Assembly (NCBI GenBank): GCA_947085655.1
Contig: CAMTXH010000022.1
Location: 2,556-66,555 of the forward strand
Origin: an uncultured Omnitrophica bacterium
GTDB lineage: Bacteria; Omnitrophota; Gorgyraeia; JACQQV01
Length of the DNA stretch: 64,000 bases
Reading direction: 5' to 3'
Of the stretch, positions 45,199 to 55,344 are shown in pieces; position 1 is the first letter of the stretch; each line of letters starts with the position of its first letter. The translations under genes and the position numbers were made by a program. Below the pieces are notes generated by a model. It was not told the origin of the DNA, made no database searches, and saw only the letters and a list, made by a program, of their open reading frames with translations.

Positions 45199-46553
45199 AC
45201 CGCCTCTCCCACAAGGTCGTAATCGAGACTTTGTTGGACGAGAACGGAGACGATCTCGCCGGGGCGGAGAACTCCTTTTTTCTGCCCGTTCGTGCCGGAA
45301 GGAAATCGGACAAAGACCTGGCCGTCCACCTCTGGGGCATCTCCCTGCCTCCGCCCGATCCAAAGGGTTGGATCCTTCGCATCGGCTTCTTCCAGAAGCA
45401 CCTCCACGGTCTTTCCGACAAACCGTTCAAGCCGCTTTTTGGAAATCTCCCTCTGAAGCGTCATGACCTTGCGGTAACGCTCCCCCTTCAGTTCCTCCGG
45501 CAGGTGGTCCGGGAGCCTGTCCGCCTCTGTCCCTTCTTCCTTTGAAAAGATAAATGCGCCGAGACGATCAAATTGAATCTCCTCGATAAACTGAAGGAGT
45601 GTTTCGAAATCTTTCTCGTCTTCTCCGGGATAGCCGACCATTACGGAACTCCGCAAGGTCAATTCGGGAAGCGCCTCCCGGAGCTTCCCGAAGATGGACC
45701 GCATCTGGTTTTGGGTACATTCCCGTTTCATGGAAAAAAGAATTTTGTCGCTTGCGTGCTGAATCGGAATGTCAATATAGGAACAGATGTTTTGTTCGGT
45801 TTGAAAGACCTCGATCAATTCGTCGGTGAAGTGGGCCGGATGAAGATAGAGGACCCGGATCCAGGGAATTTTCCCGAAACGGGACAAACCCCTCAACAGT
45901 TTGGGCAGTTTCTTTTTCCCGTAATGCCTCAGTCCGTAGAGACTCGTGTCCTGCCCGATGAGGTTCAGTTCTTTCAGCGGACGCGTCTCCGATAGACGCC
46001 GCGCTTCCTCCAGGATCGATTCAAGGGATCGTTCGCGGTAGCCCCCCTTGATCTTGGGAATGATACAGAAACGGCAGCTGTTGAGGCACCCTTCGGAGAT
46101 TTTCAGATAGGCGGTGTAGGGGGGTGTGAGGGAAAACCGCGGGGTATCCCCGTCCACTAGAAATCGGGGGTGGGGCCAGTGATTCGGGAGAAAGGTCACC
46201 CCTTTGGAAAGACGGTCGATCACCTCCACAATGCGGGCCTGTTCTCCGGAGCCGAGAAAGGCGTCCACTTCCGGAAGCTCTTTGGAAAGTTCGCCCTGAT
46301 ACCGCTGGGGAAGGCATCCGCTCACCACGATTTTTTGGATTCTTCCCTTCCGTTTCCATTCGGCCGCCTCCAAAATCGCTTCGGTCGATTCTTCCACCGC
46401 CTCCCGGATAAAGCCGCAGGTATTAATGAGGAGAATCTCCGCCTTTTCGGGCCGGAGGGTGATTTCATACTGGTGCTGACGCAAAAGTCCGAGCATCGCC
46501 TCCAAGTCCACCAGGTTCCGGGCGCACCCGAGTCCGACAAAACCGATCTTCAC
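45195..46553 (-). CDS. rimO: Ribosomal protein S12 methylthiotransferase
   Basis: LGCARN, NTCGFI, CLNSCRFC radical SAM motif, APEVDG TRAM domain. Confidence 0.94.
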   Translation of the reverse strand: MKIGFVGLGCARNLVDLEAMLGLLRQHQYEITLRPEKAEILLINTCGFIREAVEESTEAILEAAEWKRKGRIQKIVVSGCLPQRYQGELSKELPEVDAFLGSGEQARIVEVIDRLSKGVTFLPNHWPHPRFLVDGDTPRFSLTPPYTAYLKISEGCLNSCRFCIIPKIKGGYRERSLESILEEARRLSETRPLKELNLIGQDTSLYGLRHYGKKKLPKLLRGLSRFGKIPWIRVLYLHPAHFTDELIEVFQTEQNICSYIDIPIQHASDKILFSMKRECTQNQMRSIFGKLREALPELTLRSSVMVGYPGEDEKDFETLLQFIEEIQFDRLGAFIFSKEEGTEADRLPDHLPEELKGERYRKVMTLQREISKKRLERFVGKTVEVLLEEADAKDPTLWIGRRQGDAPEVDGQVFVRFPSGTNGQKKGVLRPGEIVSVLVQQSLDYDLVGEAV

Positions 46554-47257
46554 TCCGCTTCCTCCAGTTTCCACCCTTCCCGCGTCATCACGATTTTTTC
46601 AAGCGGTCTTCCCTTCCTTCCCGGCACGCCGAGCGACTTCCGATTCAAATTCACGTGAACCGCTCCCCCATCGGTCAAAGAGAGGACGAATTGCCGATCG
46701 GAGGTCCAGCTCTCTTCTTTACCCTTGGCCAGGAGCCCCTGGTACATCAGTCGTCCATCCGCATGGACCGTGACCCAGGTATTGTCCCGGGCATGCAGTT
46801 TGAGTGTCAGCAGCCCCTTTTCAGGAATCCGGAAAGGATAAGGGGTAATCACCCCTTTCTGGAGAACCACGTGGGAAAGTCTGATTCTCGAAATGCCGAT
46901 GCCGGTCAGAAAGAGGGCGCCGACAATCGCAATGGCGAGCAGAAGCCGTCCGGCCCAAGGCAAAAGAGCCGGCTCTTCCTCCTGTGAAGCGACTTCCAAC
47001 AAACTGGGGGGGGCCGCGCTGAACTTCGGCACTTGGGCTAGATATTCATGGATGAGTTCCTCCCCGTTCAATCCGACGAGGGAGGCGTAGCTTTTTAGAA
47101 ACCCCTTGATGTAGACCGGATGCAACTCTTCCTGCCCCCGGTCTTCTTCAATCGCCTCAACGATTCTGGGATGAATTTTCGTCTTCTGACTGACCTGCTC
47201 GATGGAGAGCTGTTTTTTTTCGCGTGCCTTTTTCAGCCGCGTTCCGATGGATGACAT
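46550..47257 (-). CDS. rodZ: RodZ-like HTH membrane protein
   Basis: N-terminal HTH (YIKGFLKSYA), TM helix, DUF4115-like C-terminus; between ftsK and rimO. Confidence 0.8.
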   Translation of the reverse strand: MSSIGTRLKKAREKKQLSIEQVSQKTKIHPRIVEAIEEDRGQEELHPVYIKGFLKSYASLVGLNGEELIHEYLAQVPKFSAAPPSLLEVASQEEEPALLPWAGRLLLAIAIVGALFLTGIGISRIRLSHVVLQKGVITPYPFRIPEKGLLTLKLHARDNTWVTVHADGRLMYQGLLAKGKEESWTSDRQFVLSLTDGGAVHVNLNRKSLGVPGRKGRPLEKIVMTREGWKLEEAE

Positions 47258-47260
47258 GGG

Positions 47261-49483
47261 TTACTCCTCCGCAGGCCTCTCCCCGGCGGAACCGCCTTTT
47301 TCGGAGGCATCCACGAGAATCTCTCTCGGTTTGCTTCCCCGGTAGGGGCCGACGATGCCGTCCTGTTCCATCATATCGATGAGGCGGGCCGCCCGGCTGT
47401 ACCCGAGACCGAAACGGCGTTGGAGGACAGAAACCGAAGCATGCCGGGTTTCCAGCACCGTTCGAACCGCCTCTTCGTAAAGTTCGTCTTTGGAGGAAGA
47501 GGCTCCCATCCGCTTCTCCTGCTCCTGGAGAATCCCCTCATGGTAGGAGGGTTTCTGCTGGGAACGGATCGCTTCGCTGATTCGCTCAATTTCCTGATCC
47601 TGGATAAACGCCCCCTGGGCCCGAATCGGTTTGGCCACTCCCGGTTTCAAAAAGAGCATGTCTCCCTTCCCGACCAGTTTGTCGGCTCCCCCCATATCGA
47701 GAACGGTCCGCGAATCGACCTTTGAAGCGACCTTGAAAGAGATCCGTGCAGGAAAGTTCGCCTTAATCACACCGGTCAGGACATCCACAGAGGGGCGCTG
47801 GGTCGCCAACACCATATGGATGCCGACCGCCCGGGAAAGTTGCGCCAACCGTGTAATCGCCGTCTCCACTTCTTGCGGCACAACCATCATCAGATCCGCC
47901 AGTTCATCGATCACCACCACCAGATACGGAAGGGCTTCGAAGGCCTCCCCTTCCGGGAAGGTCTCTTTTTGAGAGATCCTCTCATTGTATTGTTGGATGT
48001 TGCGGGCACCCATTTTGGCGAGGAGTTGATAACGGGACTCCATTTCCTGCACAACCCATGCCAAAGCCCCCTTGACTTTTTTCGGATCGGTAAGAACCGG
48101 GGTTAAAAGATGTGGAAGATGGTTGAAGAGGGCCAATTCCACCATCTTCGGGTCCACCATCATAAATTTGAGTTCGTCCGGCGAGGCATTGAAAAGGAGA
48201 CTTGCGATGATGGTATTGATGCAGACGGTCTTTCCGGAGCCGGTCGTCCCGGCAATCAAAAGATGCGGCATGTCAACCAGATCCGCCACCAAGGGCCGGC
48301 CGCCGGTGTCCTTCCCAAGGGCAAGGGTTAATTTCGAGGGACTCTCACGGAATTCTTGTGATTCAAGGACCTCCTTTAAATAGACGAAGGTCATCTGGGT
48401 GTTGGGGACCTCGACGCCGACAGCCGATTTCCCCGGAATCGGTGCGATGATCCGGACGCTGGGGGCTTTCATGACAAGGGCGATGTCATCCGAAAGGGCG
48501 GTAATCCTGATGACCTTGACGCCGGGAGCCGGCTGCAATTCGTAGCGGGTAATCACCGGCCCCGGTTCAACGCTGATCACCTTCACTTCGATCCCAAAAT
48601 CCCGCAGCGTCTCCTCCAGGATGCGGGAATTCCCCTCAAGACTCTCCCGAATCTGCCGGTCCTTAAGGGGCGGGGGAGGATTCAAAAGATCGAGGGAAGG
48701 AAGTTGATAGTCACCACTTTTTTGAAGTTGTCTCTCCGCTGCCGGTTTTAGAACCCCTTTCTCCTTTTCGGCCCTCGGTTTGGGAGTGAGAATCCGGAGG
48801 GGACGGATCGGTTTCAGTTCCTCTAACTCCGGCTCAAATTTCACTTTCGGTTTTGATTCTAGAGCGAATCGATCCGGCTCCGGTGGCCATTCCCGCTGGA
48901 TCCTCACTTTTGGCTTTGGGCGTCGGGCAAAAGGGACGACAAGAGCCGAACCCCCTTTCCGGAAGAGCCGAAAAAGGGAAAGGAAAAAGGGATCTAGCCG
49001 GAGGTTTGCCGACAGAATCAGACAAATCAAAAAGATTGCACCGAGTACCACTACACTCCCCGGGGTTCTTAAATATTTCCGGAGAAAATCGGAGATGAAA
49101 AGCCCGAGAAGCCCTCCCACTTTGAACCGGGTCGGCTCGCTCCCGAAGGTAAGGAGACTTAAAAGAGAGGCGGTGGAGAGAAAAAGAATCATTCCGCCCC
49201 AGAGACGGATCGAGAGGAATTTTTGGTCCTTGCCGAAAAACTTAAGTCCTCCCCAGACGCCGACCATGGTCGGGATGAGAAAGGCGGTCCAGCCGAAGAG
49301 AAAAATGAGCCCCCCTCCCACGGCGGCGCCGATCGGTCCGGCCCAGTTTCGGGGGGGAACTTGGGGTGAAGAAGTATAGAGGGAAAGATCCGAAGGACTG
49401 AAGGATGCCAGACTCAAAAAAAGGAGGAGACTGGTCGAAAAAAGAAAAATGCCCTCAACCTGTTTCCAGCGGTCTTCATGCAT
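47261..49483 (-). CDS. ftsK: DNA translocase FtsK
   Basis: 4TM N-domain, AGTTGSGKT, DPKMVE, ATQRPSVD, gamma domain GYSRAARLID. Confidence 0.96.
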   Translation of the reverse strand: MHEDRWKQVEGIFLFSTSLLLFLSLASFSPSDLSLYTSSPQVPPRNWAGPIGAAVGGGLIFLFGWTAFLIPTMVGVWGGLKFFGKDQKFLSIRLWGGMILFLSTASLLSLLTFGSEPTRFKVGGLLGLFISDFLRKYLRTPGSVVVLGAIFLICLILSANLRLDPFFLSLFRLFRKGGSALVVPFARRPKPKVRIQREWPPEPDRFALESKPKVKFEPELEELKPIRPLRILTPKPRAEKEKGVLKPAAERQLQKSGDYQLPSLDLLNPPPPLKDRQIRESLEGNSRILEETLRDFGIEVKVISVEPGPVITRYELQPAPGVKVIRITALSDDIALVMKAPSVRIIAPIPGKSAVGVEVPNTQMTFVYLKEVLESQEFRESPSKLTLALGKDTGGRPLVADLVDMPHLLIAGTTGSGKTVCINTIIASLLFNASPDELKFMMVDPKMVELALFNHLPHLLTPVLTDPKKVKGALAWVVQEMESRYQLLAKMGARNIQQYNERISQKETFPEGEAFEALPYLVVVIDELADLMMVVPQEVETAITRLAQLSRAVGIHMVLATQRPSVDVLTGVIKANFPARISFKVASKVDSRTVLDMGGADKLVGKGDMLFLKPGVAKPIRAQGAFIQDQEIERISEAIRSQQKPSYHEGILQEQEKRMGASSSKDELYEEAVRTVLETRHASVSVLQRRFGLGYSRAARLIDMMEQDGIVGPYRGSKPREILVDASEKGGSAGERPAEE

Positions 49484-49485
49484 CG

Positions 49486-50250
49486 CTATCCGGACATCCC
49501 AAGTGTCAAAAGACCCACCGCCACCAAATAAAGACTAAAGAAAGAAAGTTTTCGCCTCTCGACGACCCGCTCCAACGCCGAGAGGGCTAACATCCCAACC
49601 CCCATCGCAAGGCCTCCTCCAATGAGGAAATGGGGCATTTCTCTGCCAAGGAAGGCGACTTCGCCGGAGCTTCCCTGGCCAAAGAGTTTGTAACAAAAAC
49701 CGCCCAGAACGGCCGGGAACAAAAGGAGAAAAGAAAATTCGACCGCCCGTTTTCCCTCGAGGCCGAGGAGAAGTCCTGTCGCGATCGTCATCCCGCTTCG
49801 AGAAATACCCGGAACAAGGGCGATACCCTGACTGATACCAATGAGAAGAGCCGACCAGCCGTTCAGTTCCCGCTTCCTTCCTGCTTGGAATCGTTCCCCG
49901 ACCCAGAGCCAGACAGCGGTGATCAGGAATCCCCCTCCGACCGCTTTCGGTTCCCGGAAAAGTTGCTCTAGCGCCCCTCCCCAGAAAAGTCCCCCGAACA
50001 CGGCCGGCACGGTCCCAATGACCAGAAATCCGAGTTGCCGAAATTCTTGAAAGAGACGAAGAATCCGTCGCCAATAGAAAATGCCTACCGCGCCGAGCGA
50101 TCCGACATGAAGCCAAAGATCAAAAAGGAGTCTTGGCTCCTGGAACCCGAAGAGGCCGTGGAGGAGCACCAGATGCCCGGAACTGGAAATCGGAAGAAAC
50201 TCGGTGACGCCTTGCACCACCCCCGAAGAGGCGGCTTCGCCAAGCGTCAT
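49486..50250 (-). CDS. uppP: Undecaprenyl-diphosphatase
   Basis: QGVTEFLPISSSGH, PGISRSG. Confidence 0.95.
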   Translation of the reverse strand: MTLGEAASSGVVQGVTEFLPISSSGHLVLLHGLFGFQEPRLLFDLWLHVGSLGAVGIFYWRRILRLFQEFRQLGFLVIGTVPAVFGGLFWGGALEQLFREPKAVGGGFLITAVWLWVGERFQAGRKRELNGWSALLIGISQGIALVPGISRSGMTIATGLLLGLEGKRAVEFSFLLLFPAVLGGFCYKLFGQGSSGEVAFLGREMPHFLIGGGLAMGVGMLALSALERVVERRKLSFFSLYLVAVGLLTLGMSG

Positions 50251-50252
50251 GG

Positions 50253-50304
50253 TTCGCTTCGCTTCGCTCGCTCACCATCGATCCTGAGCGGAGTCGAAGG
50301 GATC
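50253..50304. repeat. REP-like intergenic element
   Basis: TTCGCTTCGCTTCGCTCGCTCACC...ATCCTGAGCGGAGTCGAAGGGAT between pnp and uppP. Confidence 0.6.
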
Positions 50305-52447
50305 ATCGCGCGTCCTTGCGCGCGGGTCTTGGGCGATGAGGACGTTTGGAAGGAGAGGAAGGGGGTCTATCATCCGAAAGCTTCATGCTGAGATTCACGC
50401 GTCCCTGCGGATCAATTTCGATCACCTTGACCTGGACTTCATCGCCGACCTTGACCACATCCTCCACCTTTTCAACGTACCGATCGGCCAGTTCCGAAAT
50501 ATGAATCAGCCCCTCCTTTCCAGGCAGGACTTCGCAGAAAGCACCAAAAGCCATCAGTCGTTTAATCTTGCCGCTGTAAATTTTCCCGACTTCCACCTCT
50601 TCGGTGAGGCGCTTGACGATATCCACCGCCTTTTCGGAGGCCTGGGGATCGTTGGAGGCGATCAGAACGGTGCCGTCGTCTTCAATATCGATGGAGACGC
50701 CGGTTTCCTGGATGATCTTGCGGATCATCTTTCCGCCGGGACCGACCACCTCCCGAATTTTATCGGGATTAATCTTGAGGGTTGTGATGCGGGGGGCATA
50801 CTGGGAAAGGGTCGTCTTGGGTTCGGCGATGACCTGGGTCATTTTGGCCAACACATTCAACCGCGCCTCACGGGCCTGGGTCAGGGCGGTTTTAAAAATT
50901 TCGAGTGTCAGCCCTTCGACGATCTTCACATCCATCTGAAAGGCGGTAATGCCCTCCCGGGTCCCTGCCACCTTGAAATCCATATCCCCGAAGTGATCTT
51001 CCAAACCGTCGATGTCAGTCAGGACAACCCACTTTTTCCCCTCCCGAACCAGCCCCATTGCGATCCCTGCGACGGGTGCTTTGATCGGAACTCCCGCATC
51101 CATGAGCGCCAGGGCACCCGCGCAAACAGAGGCCATGCTGGAGGAACCGTTTGACTCCAGGATATCCGACACGACACGGACGGTGTAGGGAAACTCCTCC
51201 TTGGGCGGCATGAGGGGTTTTAGCGCCCTCTCTGCCAAGGCCCCGTGGCCGATTTCCCGCCGGCCGGGTCCTCGAACCGGTCGCACCTCTCCGACGCTGA
51301 ACGGCGGAAAGTTGTAGTGCAACATAAAATTTTTGAACGTTTCGCCTTCCAAGGCATCGATCATCTGTTCATCGGCAGTGGTTCCCAGAGTGGTGGTGGC
51401 CAGACTCTGGGTCTGACCCCGCGTGAATAGCCCCGAGCCGTGGGTCCGGGGAAGGACTCCCACTTCACAGGTGATCGGCCGAATCTCCTGAAAATGTCTT
51501 CCGTCAACCCGTTTCCCTTTTTCAAGGATAAACTGCCGGACCACCCCCTGCTCCAAACCGGAAAGGACTTCTTTCACATCCGATTCTGTCACCGTCCCGT
51601 CTTCCTTGACAAATTTTTCAACCAAGGAACTCACCAGTCTTCCCAGCTCCTCCTCCTGCTTTTCCTTGGGGTCGATTTTGAGGAGTTGTTCAATCTCTCC
51701 TCTCACCAAAGAGGCGACATTCGTCTTCAGGGTTTCGTCCACCTGACGGGGAACAAAAATCGTCTTCTGCCTCCCCAGTTTCCGAACCATCTCCTCCTGG
51801 AGCTGGATAATGGCCTGGGCCTGTTCGGAGCCAAACTGGACCGCTTCCAAGAGAAGTTCTTCAGGAATCTGCGTAGCGCCCGCTTCGACCATCAGAATGC
51901 CGCGCCGGGATGCGGAAATGACCAGATCCAACGACGAGGTGTCCAGTTCTGCGTAGGTTGGATTAATCACCCATTGGTCGGCCAACCGTCCGACCCGAAG
52001 ACTCCCCAGCGGTTCGGAAAAAGGAATGCTGGAAATCATAAGCGACGCGGAGGCCCCGATCATCGCCAGGACATCCGGGTCATAGACCCCGTCGTGGGAT
52101 AGGACCATTCCCATGACCTGAACCTCATGAGCAAACCCCTTTGGAAAGAGGGGCCGGATCGGGCGGTCCATCAACCGGGCGGTCAGGATTTCCTTCTCGC
52201 TGGGGCGGCCTTCCCGCTTAAAAAAACCGCCGGGAATTTTCCCGGCGGCGTAGGTCTTCTCCTGGTATTCGACCGTTAGAGGAAAAAAGTCGGCCTCCTT
52301 CTTGGCTTCGGGGGTCATGCAGGACGTAACCAACACCACGGTCCCACCGTATTGCACCGTGCAGGCACCGTCCGCCTGTTTGGCCATTTTGCCAACTTCG
52401 AGAATCAGTTCTTCACGACCGAGTGGTATGCTGAATTTTTCTGACAT
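50303..52447 (-). CDS. pnp: Polyribonucleotide nucleotidyltransferase
   Basis: RTHGSGLFTRGQTQ, SNGSSSMAS, GDMDFKVAG, KH and S1 domains. Confidence 0.98.
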   Translation of the reverse strand: MSEKFSIPLGREELILEVGKMAKQADGACTVQYGGTVVLVTSCMTPEAKKEADFFPLTVEYQEKTYAAGKIPGGFFKREGRPSEKEILTARLMDRPIRPLFPKGFAHEVQVMGMVLSHDGVYDPDVLAMIGASASLMISSIPFSEPLGSLRVGRLADQWVINPTYAELDTSSLDLVISASRRGILMVEAGATQIPEELLLEAVQFGSEQAQAIIQLQEEMVRKLGRQKTIFVPRQVDETLKTNVASLVRGEIEQLLKIDPKEKQEEELGRLVSSLVEKFVKEDGTVTESDVKEVLSGLEQGVVRQFILEKGKRVDGRHFQEIRPITCEVGVLPRTHGSGLFTRGQTQSLATTTLGTTADEQMIDALEGETFKNFMLHYNFPPFSVGEVRPVRGPGRREIGHGALAERALKPLMPPKEEFPYTVRVVSDILESNGSSSMASVCAGALALMDAGVPIKAPVAGIAMGLVREGKKWVVLTDIDGLEDHFGDMDFKVAGTREGITAFQMDVKIVEGLTLEIFKTALTQAREARLNVLAKMTQVIAEPKTTLSQYAPRITTLKINPDKIREVVGPGGKMIRKIIQETGVSIDIEDDGTVLIASNDPQASEKAVDIVKRLTEEVEVGKIYSGKIKRLMAFGAFCEVLPGKEGLIHISELADRYVEKVEDVVKVGDEVQVKVIEIDPQGRVNLSMKLSDDRPPSSPSKRPHRPRPARKDAR

Positions 52448-52480
52448 GGTAGAGGTATCCTAAGAGGTTTCGGACCCGCC

Positions 52481-52750
52481 CTACTTCCGGAGATCCAATT
52501 TCTTCACGATGTTTTGATACGACGTTTCATCTTCCCGTTTCAGGTACTGTAACAGGGTTCTGCGCTGGCTGACCAGTTTCAGAAGACCCCGTCGGGAATG
52601 ATGGTCCTTCTTGTGAACCTTAAAATGCTCCGTCAAATTATTGATCCGCTCAGTCAGGATCGCAATCTGAACGGCGCAGGATCCGGTGTCCGTTTCGTGT
52701 TGGCGGAATTCCGAAACGAGAGTACCCTTTCGCTCCTTCGTAATTGACAT
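52481..52750 (-). CDS. rpsO: 30S ribosomal protein S15
   Basis: [20 protein letters not shown]; 89 aa from ATG 52750. Confidence 0.97.
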   Translation of the reverse strand: MSITKERKGTLVSEFRQHETDTGSCAVQIAILTERINNLTEHFKVHKKDHHSRRGLLKLVSQRRTLLQYLKREDETSYQNIVKKLDLRK

Positions 52751-52774
52751 CCCATAACCCCTTTCTAACTTTTG

Positions 52775-52803
52775 AGTATACACGTCCTTGAAAAAAGTGT
52801 CAA
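52775..52803 (-). promoter_or_regulatory. Sigma70 promoter of rpsO-pnp
   Basis: TTGACA-17 bp-TATACT. Confidence 0.8.
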
Positions 52804-54161
52804 GACTCTTGCCGTTCCCACTTCAAAAACGATCCTAAAAGAAAAAGGGCGGTCGGCCCGATGGGGAGGAGGATTCTCAAGAAACTGTCATCCACATTCA
52901 TCACCCAACGCACATCCAGAGGATGGATAATGTAGATGAAGATGTAAAGAGTAACCGGCAAAAGAACCGCCAAAAACAAAAGAAGGATCGGGGGCTTGAG
53001 GAGTCTCCGCCAATAGAGAAGACCGAAACAAAAAAGGGCCGGCCAGAGGAGATTCCACCGGATGCAATCGGTCATTTTAAGCGCCAGTGTCTTGAAAATG
53101 AGGGAGAACCGGGCTTTCTGCGTCCCGATCACCTGCCACTGAAGCTGCGGTAAAAACTCGGAAAGGATCCTGTGCTCTTTCAGAAAAAGCCACCAGGGCA
53201 AAAGGAGAAGGAGGGGGATCGAAAGAAGTGGGATTTCCCGGAGGAATTGCTTTTTCTCCCCTTTCGGGAGGAGCCACAGGCGGGCCGTTCCGAAAAGGAA
53301 GGCATTGATAAGAAACAGAACCTGTCCTTCATTTTTTGTCCAGGCCTCCCCTGTCGAAAAAAGGAGAGCGATCCAAAGGTCCTCCCGGGCTCCGCGCCTG
53401 GCCCAAAAGTAAAAGGAGAGGGTGGCGCCGGTATGGTAAAAGGCCATCGGCAGCTCCGCATAGGCCCGCAGGGTGTAGTCCAGAAGGAGGGGAAGGGTTG
53501 CGAGGTGTGCCGTCAGAATAAAACTCTCCGTCCGGCTCTTTTCACGCCGGGTGCCTCCCCAAAAAACAGCCAAAAGGGCACCATAAAACAAGGGAAAAAG
53601 GAGCCGGACCTTTTCTTCATCCAACGCTCCGATCCCGAGATAGACCCAGCTCTCCGCCAAAGGGAGAAGCAGGGGATAATCTTTATGGGCAAACGCATTG
53701 ACGGGGTTGGTAAAGAAAGAAAGATCGACGCTTTCGGCGAGGAAAAAGGCCTTTGCCTTGAGTCCCCAGATGGACCAGGCATCCCAAAAATCGTAATAAC
53801 TCAAGGGAAAGGTCAGCGCCTCAATCCAGAGATAGATAAAAATGAAAAGAAGAAAAAGGAGAATGGACCTTTCGACGGAGTTAAACGGTTCCCTTTTCGA
53901 GGTGGGAGCTCTTCCCTTCCTCCGTCGGAGAAACGAACTCAGAAAAAGAATACCCCACGGAAGGGAGAGGATCCAGGGATTCCAGGAAATGCCGAGAAGC
54001 GAGGCGTAAAAGAGCTGGATCGTCCAGATCACCCATCCGATCCCGAAGGCAAAAGCGATGCTTTCCGCCTTTGAAAAAAGGGGGGGGCGTTTCATCCAAA
54101 GACGAAAAAAGGTCGCCCCGGTGAGAAAAACCGGAAGGAGCGAAAATCCGAAGCGGAGCAT
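52800..54161 (-). CDS. Polytopic membrane protein, GT-C glycosyltransferase-like
   Basis: [23 protein letters not shown], many TM helices. Confidence 0.65.
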   Translation of the reverse strand: MLRFGFSLLPVFLTGATFFRLWMKRPPLFSKAESIAFAFGIGWVIWTIQLFYASLLGISWNPWILSLPWGILFLSSFLRRRKGRAPTSKREPFNSVERSILLFLLFIFIYLWIEALTFPLSYYDFWDAWSIWGLKAKAFFLAESVDLSFFTNPVNAFAHKDYPLLLPLAESWVYLGIGALDEEKVRLLFPLFYGALLAVFWGGTRREKSRTESFILTAHLATLPLLLDYTLRAYAELPMAFYHTGATLSFYFWARRGAREDLWIALLFSTGEAWTKNEGQVLFLINAFLFGTARLWLLPKGEKKQFLREIPLLSIPLLLLLPWWLFLKEHRILSEFLPQLQWQVIGTQKARFSLIFKTLALKMTDCIRWNLLWPALFCFGLLYWRRLLKPPILLLFLAVLLPVTLYIFIYIIHPLDVRWVMNVDDSFLRILLPIGPTALFLLGSFLKWERQES

Positions 54162-54610
54162 CAGGGTCTTCTCCGTTTCAAGAGAACCACATCCTCACTT
54201 AAACGGACCAGGGGCTCAAAGCCCTCCTCTTCAAACGGAGCATGGTAAACGAGGAGATAGTCCACCGACTCCTCCGGCCAGTTTCCTTCCCAATAAACCC
54301 TTCGGGGATAAAGGAGGTAGGCCATCTTCTGCTGGTCATGGGAAAGGAAAAAGTTGGGGGAATGGCGGGTGAAAAGCCGCCGAGGAACGTGGGGGCTGTT
54401 GTAAAAAAAAAGAGAAGCATTGATGGGGAGGTGGCGCTCGCATGCCTTGGCCGCCGCGAACAGATCGTCATCCAGAAGACGCTGCTTCGCCTCCAGGTCC
54501 ATCCCCCACAGTTTCGGGTAGACAGACAAACTGAAACGGACCGCCTGAAAAAGGATCGATGCAAAGAGCAAAAACCAAAGCGTTGTCAGAAGGAGGGTCC
54601 ATTTCCTCAT
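54161..54610 (-). CDS. Hypothetical membrane-anchored protein
   Basis: N-terminal TM helix, YLLYPRRV; coupled to both neighbours. Confidence 0.65.
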   Translation of the reverse strand: MRKWTLLLTTLWFLLFASILFQAVRFSLSVYPKLWGMDLEAKQRLLDDDLFAAAKACERHLPINASLFFYNSPHVPRRLFTRHSPNFFLSHDQQKMAYLLYPRRVYWEGNWPEESVDYLLVYHAPFEEEGFEPLVRLSEDVVLLKRRRP

Positions 54611-55341
54611 CGAAACTGCGCAATCTTCACAAAGGTATATCGGTGCACCAGAAATTTCACCAGTGTCCAGAGAATCCCGAAGCCGTAAACGACGCTTCGC
54701 CAGAAAGAAATCGTGGAGGCCTCCTCAAAATAGCGGGTTTTGATCGGGATCTCTTCGATCCGGAAATGGTGGAGGAGAAGTTGAACGATGATTTCGGTGT
54801 CGAAAACAAAACCGTCGGAATTCTTGTGAAACAAAACCCCTTCGAGGGCTCTTCGACTGTAAGCCCGGAAACCGGAGTGGTATTCGGTCAGGTACGTCGA
54901 GAGAACGACATTTTCGACGGCGGTGAGAAGGATGTTGGCGTTATGCTTCCAAAGGGGCATCCCGCCCTCCAAGGCCCCTCCCTTCATCATCCGCGAACCG
55001 AAGACCGCATCCGCTCTTCCCTCCAGAATCGGTTCAATCAGTTCCGGAACGACCTTCGGATCGTACTGATAGTCCGGATGAAGCATGACAACCAGATCCG
55101 CGCCGCGCAAGAGCGCTTCCCGGTAACAGGTTTTTTGGTTGGCGCCGTAACCGAAGTTTTTGGGGTGGATGAGAACCAAAAGCCCGAGTCCTCTGGCAAT
55201 CGAAACCGTCTCATCGCGGCTTGAGTCATCCACCAGGATGATCTCGTCCGCCACCCCTTTTGGGATATCCCGAACGGTTCTTTCCAGCGTCTTGGCCGCA
55301 TTGTACGCCGGAAGAACGATCGTGACCTTAGGTTTTTTCAC
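54607..55341 (-). CDS. GT2 glycosyltransferase (polyprenol-phosphate-sugar synthase-like)
   Basis: LPAYNA, VDDSS, HPDYQY, EYHSGFRAY. Confidence 0.9.
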   Translation of the reverse strand: MKKPKVTIVLPAYNAAKTLERTVRDIPKGVADEIILVDDSSRDETVSIARGLGLLVLIHPKNFGYGANQKTCYREALLRGADLVVMLHPDYQYDPKVVPELIEPILEGRADAVFGSRMMKGGALEGGMPLWKHNANILLTAVENVVLSTYLTEYHSGFRAYSRRALEGVLFHKNSDGFVFDTEIIVQLLLHHFRIEEIPIKTRYFEEASTISFWRSVVYGFGILWTLVKFLVHRYTFVKIAQFR

Positions 55342-55344
55342 GCC

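Noticed and set aside
45195-46553. Radical SAM enzyme as the RiPP maturase
   Set aside because: It is a typical RimO (UPF0004 + rSAM + TRAM) in the conserved ftsK-rodZ-rimO-pgsA context, with no SPASM or RRE domain
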